The translations under genes and the position numbers were made by a program. This document shows, one piece after another, positions 44,520 through 57,066 of a stretch of 64,000 nt of DNA (its first letter is position 1; every line of letters starts with the position of its first letter). The notes beneath the pieces were generated by a model, which was not told where the DNA came from, searched no databases, and saw nothing but the letters and a program-made list of their open reading frames with translations. Source of the stretch: Massalongia carnosa (taxonomy: Eukaryota); the NCBI GenBank assembly GCA_965645245.1, contig OZ287082.1, positions 1,488,001-1,552,000 of the forward strand, in the 5' to 3' direction.

Positions 44520-45707
44520 CCACCAGTAGCGACGATCAGATCTTTGAGGTGAATAATATGCTCTGTGCTGAGCATTCCCATCTGACCCACCCATGTGCTG
44601 GTTATATTCCACGATGGGCATGGGAAATGGAAGCTTTTCTTCTTCATCATCAACGATGACTCTGGAATTTGCTGGAATTCCATGACGTCGACGGGAATTC
44701 TTGTAGAAAGAAGTCTTCAAATCCTCATTTGTATGAACCGTGGTCATGAATTGCACGGTGTTTAAATCCACCCATGCCATACACAGAATGTCCCCGTCAT
44801 CAATGTTTGATTTTTTACTTTTATTTGCAGGTACCGTCATTAATGCCTTCTATCCCCAGTCCTTATTCTTGGTGGCTGCAACCCTCCGACGTAGAAGATC
44901 AACAGGAAAACCGCATCCTGATTTAGCCGTCCCACAGGCACCAATTCCAATTGTTTTCAGAGCTTTGAATAGCTTCGTATTTGTGAAGAAGTTGTCCAGA
45001 AAGATGACGTATTTCAAGCCTTCATCAGACGGTAAACTTCGAGCCAGTTGAATGACGACTAGGGAGGAAGGAGACAAATCCCATTTGGTTGTCGGAAATT
45101 TCAATTGTCCAGGCGTTTTTAACTCACTAATTTTGGACACCTGTCTTGCAATTAGTACGATGCAAATTGAGGCCTTTTCTACTCACCTTGGAGGTAAATA
45201 AGAAGTCAAAAAGATAATTTTCCTGACATAAACTATAGATTTTGAAGCCTACACCAGCCGCCTTGGTGGCTATTTGCATAGTATGGCAGCTCCTACCCCT
45301 GAATAAAATCAAATGCTCGTCAACTGACACATGACTTCCAGGAATCCAGTATTTCTTTGATGCTTTTCGAAAATCTGTGGCCAATGGTTTGTTCCAGCTT
45401 TTTCTACCAATCAGGGCCTCGAGTATCAATGATCTCATCTTCGTCGGGGTTGGATATCTTCAAAAATCGCTTGAGTTGCTCCCATCTTCGAAGACTCATG
45501 GCTTGAATCACCATGTCATGTATGGCAAATTTAGGAGACGTGTTCCAATAGTCAGTAAGACGTGGTATCAGTGTATACCCCATATATAACAGAATTCCCG
45601 GAAAAGCCCCTACTTCAGAAGAAGAGGTGTCGTGCCATTGATGTCTCTTGATGTCGTTTAGGGCATACTTCTTTTTCGCTTTAAGATTGGTGTTTTTAGC
45701 TATGATT

Positions 45708-48700
45708 GATTGATTGATTGATCGATTGATTTATTCTTATTCCGATATGACACCGGCCGAAGGCCGGCCCATGCGGGCTGTCTATGTTTATCATACAAGG
45801 AAAACCCTTCTTGGGAATAAAAACCCCGTAGACTACGCACTACCTCCGGAGCCTCGCTGGCAACAGGCTGCTCTCTGTGATCGTTTTTCTTTAGAATCCT
45901 TGACGAAAATGAGAAGTTATATCTCGTATAACATTTGCGATGCTAGTGAGAACTGTGTTAACAAGTTTGCTTTTATTATCCATGCAGTTAGCTTTTTCAG
46001 CATTTTCGACGAACGCGTAATCGTCCGGTAGTCGTGGGTGCCCAATTGTCTGAGCAGCTCATATCTGCCTTCGATTAGTCTGCAGTGTAATATGATGTGT
46101 TTGGCAGTCTGTTTCTGCCAGCCACACGAGCAAGCTGGAGTCATAGCTCCCGGAACCCGACGATTGAACAGGAAGTTTGCCAAACCTATTTTCTCAGTGC
46201 GGATTTGCGTGGTTAGCGCGCTTTCCGCCTTCATCAAGTTGTCATGAATCTTCAATCTAGTTCTGTTGAGTGGTCCGAGCTGTGCCTCTGTTGGGTAGGG
46301 AACGCGGTCCTGATACGCCTTCCACCTGGTCTCCCAACGCTCCTTGATTCGTACTGTAATGGTCTTTGCGTGCTTTCCGATAATTCGGCGTGCCGTGATG
46401 TATTTCTCGAGACGGACAGGGTCGGGTCCTGACCAGGGTCGGGGCGGCGGCGGTATTGCGGCTGGGGCTTCGTTGTTTAGCATCTTGCTGGCCCATTCGT
46501 GTTTTAAATCTCCTAGGGTGGGGCGTTGTATTCTTTTGCGTCCTGCCTTGTCTCGTAGCTTGTTCGCTATTGTGCTGCAGGCAGTGGTGATCAGTTTCGC
46601 TTGCCCTGAGGCCCGTAGGCGGTATCTTGCTTTCATCTGCAGATGATCCAAGTGTAGCTCCATAGGGGCGATGAAAGTTTCCGCTTCGAGAACCTCGACG
46701 GGTGTTGCTTTAAACGCTCCTGCCACAGTGCGTAGGCATTTGTTCTGCATGACACTGAGTTTGGACATCGTGGCCTTGTTTTTCTTGATTTCCTTGGGCG
46801 TGTGCCACACGGCGCTTCCGTATGTCATTGCCGGGCGGACGACGGAGGTGTAGACCTGCCGGGCCTTTGCGAAGGATGCTCCCCAGGTGGATGCCGAGAT
46901 TTTTGTGAGCGCTAGCGACTGCGACGTCATCTTTTCCTGCGTCTTCCGTATATGAGCTCCCCATTTTAGTTTTGTGTCGATTTGTAGGCCCAGTACTCTT
47001 ATGTCCGTTTTTGGTTCAATCAGATTGGTTTCAATTTGAATAGTGGCCGTCATGTTGAATTTCTTTGGATTTCTTGACAAATGAATGAGTTCATATTTAT
47101 CCGGTGCAAATACGGAGCCATGCCGTGTCGCCCACAATTCGCATTTCCTGTGAATTCTTTCAAGAGTTCTGCAATTTTCTTCCGTGCTTTTACCGTATGC
47201 CAACACGTTTACGTCGTCTACGAATCCCAGCGCACTCGTGTTCGTGCCGGGTCTCTGGCATATCTCTAATAGGTCCGCGTTGTAGAACAGATACAGAATA
47301 GGGGAAATGGGCGAGCCTTGAGGAATGCCCGTGCGCACTGCGAACTCCCCGGTTGCTCGCCGATTTATTGCTAATGTGGTTTTCCTATTCTCCAGAAAGC
47401 TTGCTGTCCAGTCTGTGATCCATTTCGGAATTTTCCTTTTCCGTAGATTGTGTATTAGCCTACGGTGAGACACCGTGTCAAACGCACCTGCCACATCCAT
47501 GCTGAGTAGGGTTGCCACCTTGTCGTTGCCTTGTCCCCATACGGTGTATACCTGTTCTGTGAGAAGCTCGAGTGCGGACTCGGTGGATCGCCCTCGCCGA
47601 GCACCCATTTGCGTGTCGGGCAAGAGCCGATGCTGTTCCGCTATGTGGGTGATTTTCTTTGCGATGACCGCTTCTAGAACTTTACCCATTGTGTTCAGGA
47701 GAGCTATGGGCCGATATGCCTTTGGGCTGGTGTTGTCTTTCTTTCCCGGTTTTTTGAGCGTTATCGTGTTCGCTCTTTTGAACTCGCGAGGATGATACGC
47801 TTGCGTGACGCACGCCTGAAATAAAGGGGTTAGCAATTCTGCTAGCTTTGTAGAGCATGCCTTGAGGATTTTGTTGGTGATCCCGTCAGGACCCGGAGCC
47901 TTGTCGGACTTGAGGCATTGTATGTTTGCGATCACTTCGTTCTTTGTGATCATCATGGGACAATCCGCGGCAGCGGGGTAGAATGACCCAGGTATGTCGC
48001 TCAGGTCCGCCGGCGGTGGTGGGGAAAGAACTTGGCTTTCAGCATTTCCGCTTTTTCTTCGAACGTCTCCGCCGTCTGCCCTCCGTGCCTCAGTGGCGGC
48101 ATTTTCGGTATCTCGCGGGGCTTCTGGCTTCTATCTTTTGCCCATCTTGCCAGCTTCCATATGCCCAGCGGCGACTCGGTGACTGCACTGATCTCTTTGC
48201 GGAATGAGAGCATTTTTGCTTTTCGGATTATCTTTTGCTTCTTGTCGTTGGACTTCATGTACGCTTTCCAGTCGTCCATGTGACGCGATGACGACCAGGA
48301 ACGGCGCAATTTGCGAGTCTCACGGATGGCGCGATTGCATTCTTCGTTCCAAAAAGGTTTCGCGTATTCGCTGGGTCTGGCCCAGGGGACGGAGGCGGCT
48401 ATGATTTTCTGAAGATACTCTTGGATTGTCTGAGCGTACTGGTCAATTTCCTCGGCGGAGCGGGGGTGGGTGACGGGCGGGGCGTTGCTTTCTGCCTCTC
48501 TCAGTTTCTCCATGTTCAGCAGTTTCCATGCTCTGCGCTTGACTTGCGTTAGCTGTTCACTACCGAGAAGAATGCGGGTGGAAATCGGGATGTGATCAGA
48601 GGATTGGTTCATTTCCGGTCTCGACATGCAGTGTTCTAGTCTTTCCGTCAGGAATTCCGACATAAATACTAGGTCTATGGTGCTAAAAGAGTTCCGAGCC

Positions 48701-49577
48701 TCCCATGTAACGGTCCCTTTGGGCAGTGTAAGTGAGAGATCGAATTCTTCTACTATATCCAGTAGTTGGTCCGCGGCTGCGTGTTGCGTTGGCCTTGTGA
48801 CTCCGTTCCAAAATGGATGGTGAAGGTTGAAATCGCCGAGGAGGACGTGCTGTGCATCTGCGGCGAGTTGCTGACGAACAGCCGGGAGCGTGGAGGGGCT
48901 GTCTGTGGATGAATAAGAAGACGGGGACGGGTTATACACGTTATGAATGTGCAACGTTCTCGTAACACCGTCGGTGCTCACGTTCAATTTCAACGTGCAT
49001 AGGTCTGCGGTTGGGAATTCTACTTCCCAGCTTTCCGGGTCGATTTTCTCGTTGACGTAGAAGCATACGCGTGTGTCGCCGCCGGGGCGATATAGAAGGT
49101 GGAATCCGCTTTGGTGAGAGCTAAGAGTGGTCGGGGCGTGCGTGCTCCGCCATGGTTCCTGTATTGCTATAACGTCGTAGTCCTGCGTGTTTGAATCTGC
49201 CAAAAGTGGTATCATTGTACTTACTCGGTCGTTTCTGACGTTGTACTGTAGTATGTTAATGGAGTTTGTGTCCTTCATAAACATCCTTCTTCCATTACGT
49301 CCGTTGCAGGAGCGGTGCGGGTGATTAGTCCTTGGTCGTCGAGGGGGGGAGGTGTGTCGGGGGTCGGCGGGGAGGGTTGCAGCGGGTGGGCGGCGGGATT
49401 GGTGCGGGTGGGGGCGGGTGTTGCAGCCATCGTCGTTGACGTGTTGGGTGGTCTGCCTAGAATGGGCTTTGCCATTGCTCTTTGCATGTTCATGGGCTTC
49501 ATGATCTCTGTGTCCTTCCACGACGTTCCTGTTGGGCGGCTTGGGCCTGCCGGCGATACTTCATGAGAGCCGGCTGG
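45708..49577 (-). mobile_element. Tad1-like LINE (LINE-C), 5'-truncated in ORF1
   Basis: 16-bp TSD GTTTTTAGCTATGATT (45692-45707, 49578-49593), (ATCA)n tail and full-length ORF2. Confidence 0.96.
45917..49278 (-). pseudogene. LINE-C ORF2 (endonuclease, RT, C-terminal zinc motif), single frameshift near 48020
   Basis: MKDTNSINILQYNV start; FFPHHRRRT replaces the FFPPPP.ADLSD seen in paralogues, implying one missing C; FVDD; CSCG...HIILHC. Confidence 0.9.
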
Positions 49578-49996
49578 GTTTTTAGCTATGATTTCAAGCA
49601 TTTCAAAGCTAAAGAAGAGGCAGAATAAACTGAAAGGAGTCTGATTTATCAAGCGCAACGTCTCGTCCGGCTGTGGTTTTCGAAATGGGATCGAAATTGG
49701 ACAATAATTTGATGACGGAGGGGGCATGGAGTCAATTATGCTTTATACGCTGGGTTTATTCTTTTTGGCCTGTTCTTTCAGAATTGAGGGGGGCAAAGCG
49801 TCTGATTGGTCAGGAACTTCTATCTCAATGCCTCTCATGATTATTCTAAAGAAATTGTAGATGTTTTAATGATTTTCAACTGATGTTTACCTTCTTATTT
49901 ACAAAAAAAGGGGAGAATGTTATGAAGTTCGCGACTCAGCCCTACGGTATCTCACTAAGCCTATTTAAGGTGGCTGCCAAATTGCCAGACGAAGGG

Positions 49997-50420
49997 ATAC
50001 CACCCCTTTGCAGCCAAAGTAGTGGTGCCCGGGAGAACCTTTCTCCGGCGCCTTTTCAACTGCAAAATCGGGCCCGCGCGCCCATTTATTCATGTCAATT
50101 CCCACATAAAAGCTGATCTTTTATGGTGGCATCACTTTCTTTCATTATGGAACGGCATATGCATCATCAGCCCTTCGAGACTCCTGCTCCGTCTTTGGAC
50201 GGATGCCAGCGGGGACTTCGGAATCGGGGCATACATACTCTTAGGTGGTCAGACCACACACACACTGCCCGCTGAGCAAGTAATGTCTGAACGATACACC
50301 ACTAGGCACCATCTTCGGAATATCGCCATGATGGCGGCTGTAAATGACATTGAAATCTAGCCACACTGGCTGTCGACCAATGAAAACTTCTTAGCAGATT
50401 GGTTGTCCCCAGTACTATTT
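49997..50420 (+). pseudogene. DIRS/Ngaro RT C-terminus and RNase H remnant
   Basis: FAAKVVVPGRTFLRRLF...DLLWWHHFL..WNG...WTDASG, typical of YR-retrotransposon RT-RH. Confidence 0.85.
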
Positions 50421-50499
50421 GGGAAAATCGCTGACAATTACCCCAAACTGCAGGGCATTTCATGGACAAATAACGGCGACACACGCCCGCGACCCTCCA

Positions 50500-51430
50500 G
50501 AAACATGGTACAATGAGGTCCCGCTGGATCGTCGGGCAGCCAGATATCTATGGTGGGGCATAACAATTAGGACTCGAGGACTATACGATGCAGCCCGAAA
50601 AACCTACACGACCCACTGTCAGCTGGCGACGAAGTTTTCCCCTTTCCAGCAACAATTCGAAGTCTTTCAGCGTGGATAGCCGCTCTAGGCCAACGGGGAC
50701 TCCGTCCCAAACCTATAAAAAACTATCTAGCTGGGGTGCGATCAAGCAATTGGACATGGGCCTAGGGGACCTGGAGGTTTTCCATCAGCCAGTCCTAGAC
50801 AGGATAATAGCAGAAATAAAACGGATGCACGGTGAACCCGAAAAACGAGAAAGACTACCAATCACACGCGACTTTCTGATAAAATTGTTACGAAAATTAG
50901 ACACTACTAACGAGGTCCAAGCAACACTCCATGCGGCATATAGCATCGCATTCGCCGCCTTCTTAAGAGCGGGAGAATTTACTTACAAACAAGGAGACAT
51001 GCAAGACCCCAGCTTCGATTCATGGAATTAAACCAGGAAATCCGTGGACCTACGAGAAGATCGAATGATTCTCTCCTTACCATCATCGAAAACGGACCCT
51101 TTTCGAAGAGGTAGAAAAATTTACATCGCAGCAACAAACGACGAAGCATGCTCGGTCGCCTCCACCCGGAACTTGTTTACCCGGTTCCCGAAATCAGCAT
51201 CGTCCCCGCTGTTCCAGGTTCAAAAAAAGGCCTCCACCCGGGATTATTTGGTGCAGGCTCTGCGAAACGGTCTCCGGGCGATTGGAGTTCGAGGTAATTA
51301 CTCGGGTCATTCGTTTCGACGTGGGGCAGCAACAACGGCCAAGGACTCAGGCTTGCTGGAAGAAGACATTCAAACCTTGGGCCGATAGAAATCGGACTCG
51401 TACCAGCTATACATCCAAACACACCAGGAA
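50500..51430 (+). pseudogene. Tyrosine recombinase (phage-integrase fold), with frameshift and stops
   Basis: AFAAFLRAGEF (R), LPSSKTDPFRRG (K), SGHSFRRGAAT (HxxR), LGR*KSDSYQLYI (W to stop, catalytic Y). Confidence 0.92.
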
Positions 51431-51756
51431 CAGCTAATAGCGACTTCCCTTCGTTTTCAAAGACCCCCCCCGTCACGTTTCGAACAGCACCACCATAGGT
51501 GGGCCATTCCCTGCTTAGGGTTTGGGAGTTTTCCCCTCACCGCTGCCATAATAGAGCCATTATAGGCGGGGCCCTCAGCAAAACTGAGCGCCAGCATGGC
51601 AGCAGCGAGGGTGAGTGCCCAAACATAGATAGTAATTATGAAATATAAATTCACTTTGTAGGTATAGTAGCATGATTGTCATTGAAGGTTATTTATTATC
51701 TATGTGGGCTATTTGTCTGCTTTATATAGCAGTCACAAAACAGTCACATCTAGAAG

Positions 51757-51900
51757 GTCAGACCTTGTCCCCCTGACGGTCAGACCTTGTCCTCCTGACG
51801 GTCAGACCTTGTCCCCCTGACGGTCAGACCTTGTCCCCCTGACGGTCAGACCTTGTCCCCCTGACGGTCAGACCTTGTCCTCTGACGGTCAGACCTTGTC
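51757..51900. repeat. 22-bp tandem repeat inside the Copia-3 LTR (about 6.6 copies here, about 3.6 in the other LTR)
   Basis: Unit GGTCAGACCTTGTCCCCCTGAC. Confidence 0.92.
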
Positions 51901-52838
51901 TCCCATCTCTGCTTGTTTAGGCACTTTGCAAGGCACCACCCGAGGCTCATGATTGATGCCCATGATGATGGTGACCTCATTATCTAACATCCAACACTCC
52001 CATTCAGCCATCTTGAGACACCGGATATTTTTGCCTCTTTGGGTTTAACGTAATTCACTGCTATTCGGAACACCCGCTTATTCGGAACTAACAAATTTGA
52101 TACCAACCTTCGTAATTTTTTATCACCGCCAACTCCGCAAAATTTCTAGCACATGTACTCGGGAATTGATGAACAGGTTCTAGTGAATATATATAGCTAG
52201 GCATAAGCTTGTAGAGCTACATTTTACGAGTATTACAGATGACACGACCGCGCGAGCTAACCCGAAACTCTAAAACTTCCTACTTCTCCCCCTTTCCTAC
52301 TATTTCCACATCACCTTGTACCAACCTAGTGATATTTTTCTTTCTTGGTATACCTTTTCCTTTATTTCGAGCAGTTTTTTTAAACCCTAGGTCACCCTCA
52401 ACTGTCTCCTTAAAAATATGAGGTGTAATCTGAATAAGGTCGTGAAAAGCGTTTTGTGAGAAAGAATCGTCTCGTTTCTTATTTTTAAGTAAAAATCAAG
52501 ATGTTACAAGATCAGGCACGTATATTAGGTCGGGTTCATCGCATTAGGTCTTTAGATACCTGAAAAAATAGTCGATCGTTCTGTTTTTTCTTTCCTTACC
52601 TGTGATCTAGCCTCTTTCTCCTTTTTCTTATTTTCAGCTAGTTGTCTTCTTTTCTCCACATCTTCTAAACTCAATACGCGATCCCCTTGAATATCATATT
52701 GAGTGCCCGTACGTTAAGCTCGTTGTTTTTTTCGTGTATTGGCTGCTAAAAGATCCGTATTAGTACGATTCAAGACAACACGATCAGTCATAGCAAGCCT
52801 AGCTGCTTTAAGGTTTTTTGTAGAAGAGAGTAAGCTTA

Positions 52839-54612
52839 CAGTCCCGTGCCAAAAGTCTGCGGCCCAACCCGTGATTTTCATGATTTCGCGTTTTCAACTC
52901 ATCAACCCCCCTGTCACGGAATCGCTTCGCACCCTCCCGCTTGTCCTGATCGGGTTTGTATTTAACAGGGCCCATTGCTGTGAAACCTCACCCATCGTGC
53001 TCAGGCGTTCTTCTGCCGCCCTCAGCGCACTATCAATCTCCTACCATCCGTATTCCAATCTCAACGTCTCCACTATCCAGGCTTATGACTGAGAGTGCTT
53101 CAGCACAGATAAAGGCAGGATAGGTCAAAGCAATCATGTTAAGGAAATTATTATAGGAACAGAGATGGGGTAAGTCGAGAATAGGAGAGTTGAAAGCCAT
53201 GGCTATAAAGTCTATGTGGTTTCCCAGGTGTTTAGAGCTCTTCATCGGACGTCTTGTGTATTATTCTCAACTTCTAGTTTTAGCATATATAGATATCCGT
53301 TCTGCAAGATAGAGTCTTGTATCTCTCCAGCCCTCCCCTGACACCCCCATCTTCCACCTCATCATTTCACCATGCTTCGTGCTTCTTTGACCCCCATAAG
53401 TAGTAACCCGCCTCGTAACACTGAATTGATGCCATATCAACGTGGTATGATTGTTGGGGCCCAGGCGTTGGGGCACATACCGACCGAGATTGGGATGACT
53501 CTTAATTTCACTAAATCGACCGTGCAGAGCACTATTCAGAAGCACTCAATTCGCAACGACGGCGTGTCTAAATCACGTTCTAGACGGCCTGAAGTGCTGT
53601 CAGAACGCGATCGACGTTATATCATCAAGCATGCACGAATCAATCCACGAATCACTTATGCACAAATCAAACTAGAAGTGGGGCTCGGCTGCAATCGTAC
53701 GACCATTTATCGGGCACTCAAACTGTATGGTTTAACCAACTGGACGGCTAAAAAACGACCTTTATTGACGCCTGAGGTGGCCAAGAAACGATTGGATTGG
53801 TGCTTGCTGTGGCGTGAGTAGACTTTTGAGCAGTGATCAAGAGTTATATGGTCAGATGAGTGCTCGGTGGAAAAGGGGTCAGGAAAACAGCGTCTGTGGG
53901 TGTTCAGATTGCCGAAAGAAAAATGGAATAAAGAGATGATACAACCTGTCCCCAAAGGCAAAGGAGTCAGTTTCATGGTCTGGGCAGCTTTTTGGGGAGA
54001 TGACAGGTCGGATCTTTACAAATTGCTCGTGATTTTGCTGCGAAGAAGATGGGGTACTCGGCGAACTCATATAGGGAATTTTTGAACGATAATCTGCTTG
54101 GAATTTGGCAACCGGGCCTCATTTTCATGCAGGATAACGCACCTATACATAAGGCTAAAAAGGTGACGGAATGGTTCAATGAGAACGGCATAGTAGTCAT
54201 CGATTGGCCCCCTTATTCACTTGATTTAAATCCCCTCGAGCACGTTTGGTATGTGCTCAAAAAGCTCGTCTATCAAGTCAACCCGAACATAGATTTGGTT
54301 ATCGGCAGTGATGAAACTGTTCGTGATGTACTTTGGAAAGCGTTAGAAGAAGCCTGGACGTAGATAGATGTGAAAGTGATAAGAAGGTTAATAGAGAGCA
54401 TGAATAGGAGGATAAAAGCGCGTATAGCGTCGGAAGGATGGTATACTAAATATTAAAAATCAATTTTTGGGGGAATTCTAGTTTAGTATGTATGTAATCA
54501 TTATGTAAAGTCTCAAGACATTTCAGCATTCGTGACGTGGTTGATTGTTGATTGAATAGAATGATTGAAATGTTGGTGGGGTGCGGGGCCGCAGACTTTT
54601 AGCCTAGTACTG
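52839..54612 (+). mobile_element. Tc1-like (DD34E) DNA transposon, defective; transposase at about 53372-54456
   Basis: TA-CAGT...ACTG-TA ends with imperfect TIRs; WSDE, QDNAPIH and DLNPLEHVW with 34 residues between D and E. Confidence 0.93.
52912..53343. repeat. Solo LTR (432 bp) inside the Tc1 5' region
   Basis: TGTCA...TGACA termini, flanked by CCCCC on both sides. Confidence 0.8.
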
Positions 54613-55254
54613 TAGAGGAATCAAGAGTCTGATGGCGAAATAGTATATAAACTCCTTAACCTTTGAGACTTGTTCTATGTTTCCTGATATTGGTGATATT
54701 TGGCCTGAAAGATAACGCGTTTGAATAAGAGTACTAGCGCTAGGTAGAGTGTCATCGTCCGTATAAGGCTTAGCTGATAATTTGTCAAGGCGGAGTCTAC
54801 TCCGTAGTAGCTCTAGTTAACCTAGCTCTGAAGAGATCCTCGGGCGTTAACCTCTGCTTTGAAGTAACGTACGATACCTGGTCCTGGCGACCGTTTATCC
54901 TGTGATACAATGTTGTTTTCGGTACCGCATGAAGTCAAGCAGCTTGCGTAATAGACAACGACCCTTCTGCCGTCTCATAGACCTTAACTGCCTATTTTAA
55001 ACGTTCTCTAACCTCGTCTTTAAAGGTAGTACGCAATCTCGATTTTGTAACTCGAAACTGCCGGGAAGAAGCCAATTCAGCGGTGTAATTTATCGATAAT
55101 CAGCTATTATGATAATTATAATACCCTTTACCTTATTAAATCAGTTTTAGGGTTTTCTTCAATAAGTTGTAGAAGAGATAATGGTTGAAAGTAAGTTTCG
55201 TGGTTTTGTTAGTTCCGAATAAGCGGGTGTTCCGAATACAGGTGAATTACGTTA

Positions 55255-57066
55255 ACGTAATTTACCCTCATTCGGGTCAGCCCCCCATTCGGGTCAGCCA
55301 CCCAATCGGGTCACCCCACCAAAAAAAAAAACCTTCGCCCTACACCAAAGAAAAATATTACATTGCTTCCACCATCCCCAAAACTAACTAAAAACATCAC
55401 TATCCATCTGCATTTCCTTCCATACGGCCTTTGCGAACTTTACTTTACCATTTAAAGCATGGTACCGTTCCTTTTGTTTGGCCAATGCTTCTTGCTTCCT
55501 CTGTTTTTCCTCCGCAATCGCCTGCCCTTCACCCACAGTCAGCACCCTCGCTTTAACACCCCCCTTTCTGGAGGCTTTTTGACGTCCCTGAGCCTTTTTA
55601 TCAATCAGTTCTTGATTGGTGTGTCTTAGAATAACCCTATCAGCGACGGCATTCAAACCAGTTGTTTTAAGCAACTCAACATGCGCGCGAAGAGATGGAG
55701 TTATACAGGATATAAGGGCATCGCTGACTTCCTGGATTCGCTGCTCCGTTTGGGGGGCATCGGTGACGGTGTTTGGATAGGAAGGAGGTGTGATAGGCCT
55801 AGGCAACTTGCCTAGAACATGCCCTGGATTAAATGGGACGAGGCCTGCCCCCTGCCATGCACTCATGATGTTAGTAGTAGTAATGGCCTGTTTCCTAGCC
55901 ACCTGAATAAGGCGCAAAAAATCTAGCTTAGAAATAGGCACAGCCCCGTAACGTGATTGGCTGGAAACGAGTTGTTTATAGGCCTTAGATAAAGGGCCAA
56001 AAACACCGACATCCAGGGGCTGCAATAAATGAGTTGAATGTGGTGGCAAACAAAGGGGTATGATTTTCTCTTGGGCACAAAACTCCATAAAAGGAATGGA
56101 GACGTGACTCTCATGGCCATCTACAATTAGCATCCGATACATGCCTCGTTCAGGTTTTGTATGCTTATTGAACACCGTTTGCAACCAATGAAGGCCTATC
56201 TCCGCATCCGTCCAACCATTGGGACTGACCCGAACGGTATCTGCCTTCGTCTCCATGGCATCATACCATGCAGGTTGAACTTGGGCACCTTGGAGAATGA
56301 TATAAGCCGGAAGAACTGTTCCGCGGGATGATATGCACTCAATAAGAGAAACCCAGTCCCTATTTCCCGGATGCACATTGAATGGTGTTGTTGTTCCTTT
56401 GATTATGACCTTCGAACTGTCTGCGATGCCCATAGCAAAGCCTTTTTCATCCATGTTGTAAGTATCTTCATCTGAAATCCCATATTTGACCAAGGTGGTC
56501 GTGTACAATTCGAACCAATCACGCAAAATTTCAGGACTACCAGCGTCCTTTCTGGATTGATCGAGGTTTCTATTGTATTTGATTTTGAAATCGGGATGCC
56601 TTTTCAGGAACTTTTGATACCAAGACGACCCAACGGATTTTTGTCCCCTTTGGCGTTCAGGAGACTTCTGGCCATGCCTTCCAAATGTTGGATACGAGGC
56701 GGCCAACCCCATGAGGTCATCCGCTCTATCCAATCAATCAGAGCCTGTTCTTCGTAGACGGATAGCCTTTGGGCGGCTTGATGATAGTGTTTTGCGGCCC
56801 GCCTGCCTTTGGTAAAGTCGACTGAGGAACTCCGTAAAGGCGCGCTATTTCCCGCTGCGAAATGCCCGGATTTTTGGCTGATTCTTCGATAGCCAACTGT
56901 AATCTAGTAGCAGAGTCAATTGTAGGCATATTAATGGACATTTTATCTACAATTAATAGATAAATATATGGTGGTGGTGGATAAACAGGATAGAAATTTT
57001 TTCGGTCGCTAGATTTTCATGGGGTGACCCGAATGGGGGGCTGACCCGAATGAGGGTAAATTACGT
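55255..57066 (-). mobile_element. pogo/Fot1-type (DD35D) transposon, relative of 31600-33408; transposase 56941-55384 frameshifted near its 5' end
   Basis: TIR ACGTAATTTACCCTCATTCGGGTCAGCCCCC, TA flanks; NMDEKG, IVDGHESH and LQPLDVG. Confidence 0.95.

Larger units (their letters stand above)
43710..49996 (-). mobile_element. piggyBac-like DNA transposon, disrupted by a LINE and a solo LTR
   Basis: Perfect 26-bp TIRs CCCTTCGTCTGGCAATTTGGCAGCCA; transposase motifs SVDEHLILFRGR, FLDNFFT, YNQHMGGSD and a Cys-rich C-terminus; probable intron near 45141-45187. Confidence 0.93.
52048..55252. mobile_element. Decayed pogo/Fot1-type transposon hosting a Tc1 element
   Basis: TIRs of about 48 bp (ACGTAATTCAC...TATTCGGAACACCCGCTTATTCGGAACTAACAAA) flanked by TA; internal sequence is TpA-rich without an ORF. 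Confidence 0.85.

Noticed and set aside
50500..51430. Prophage integrase, Crypton or Starship captain
   Set aside because: The YR follows a DIRS/Ngaro-type RT-RNase H remnant and is short, which fits a YR retrotransposon.
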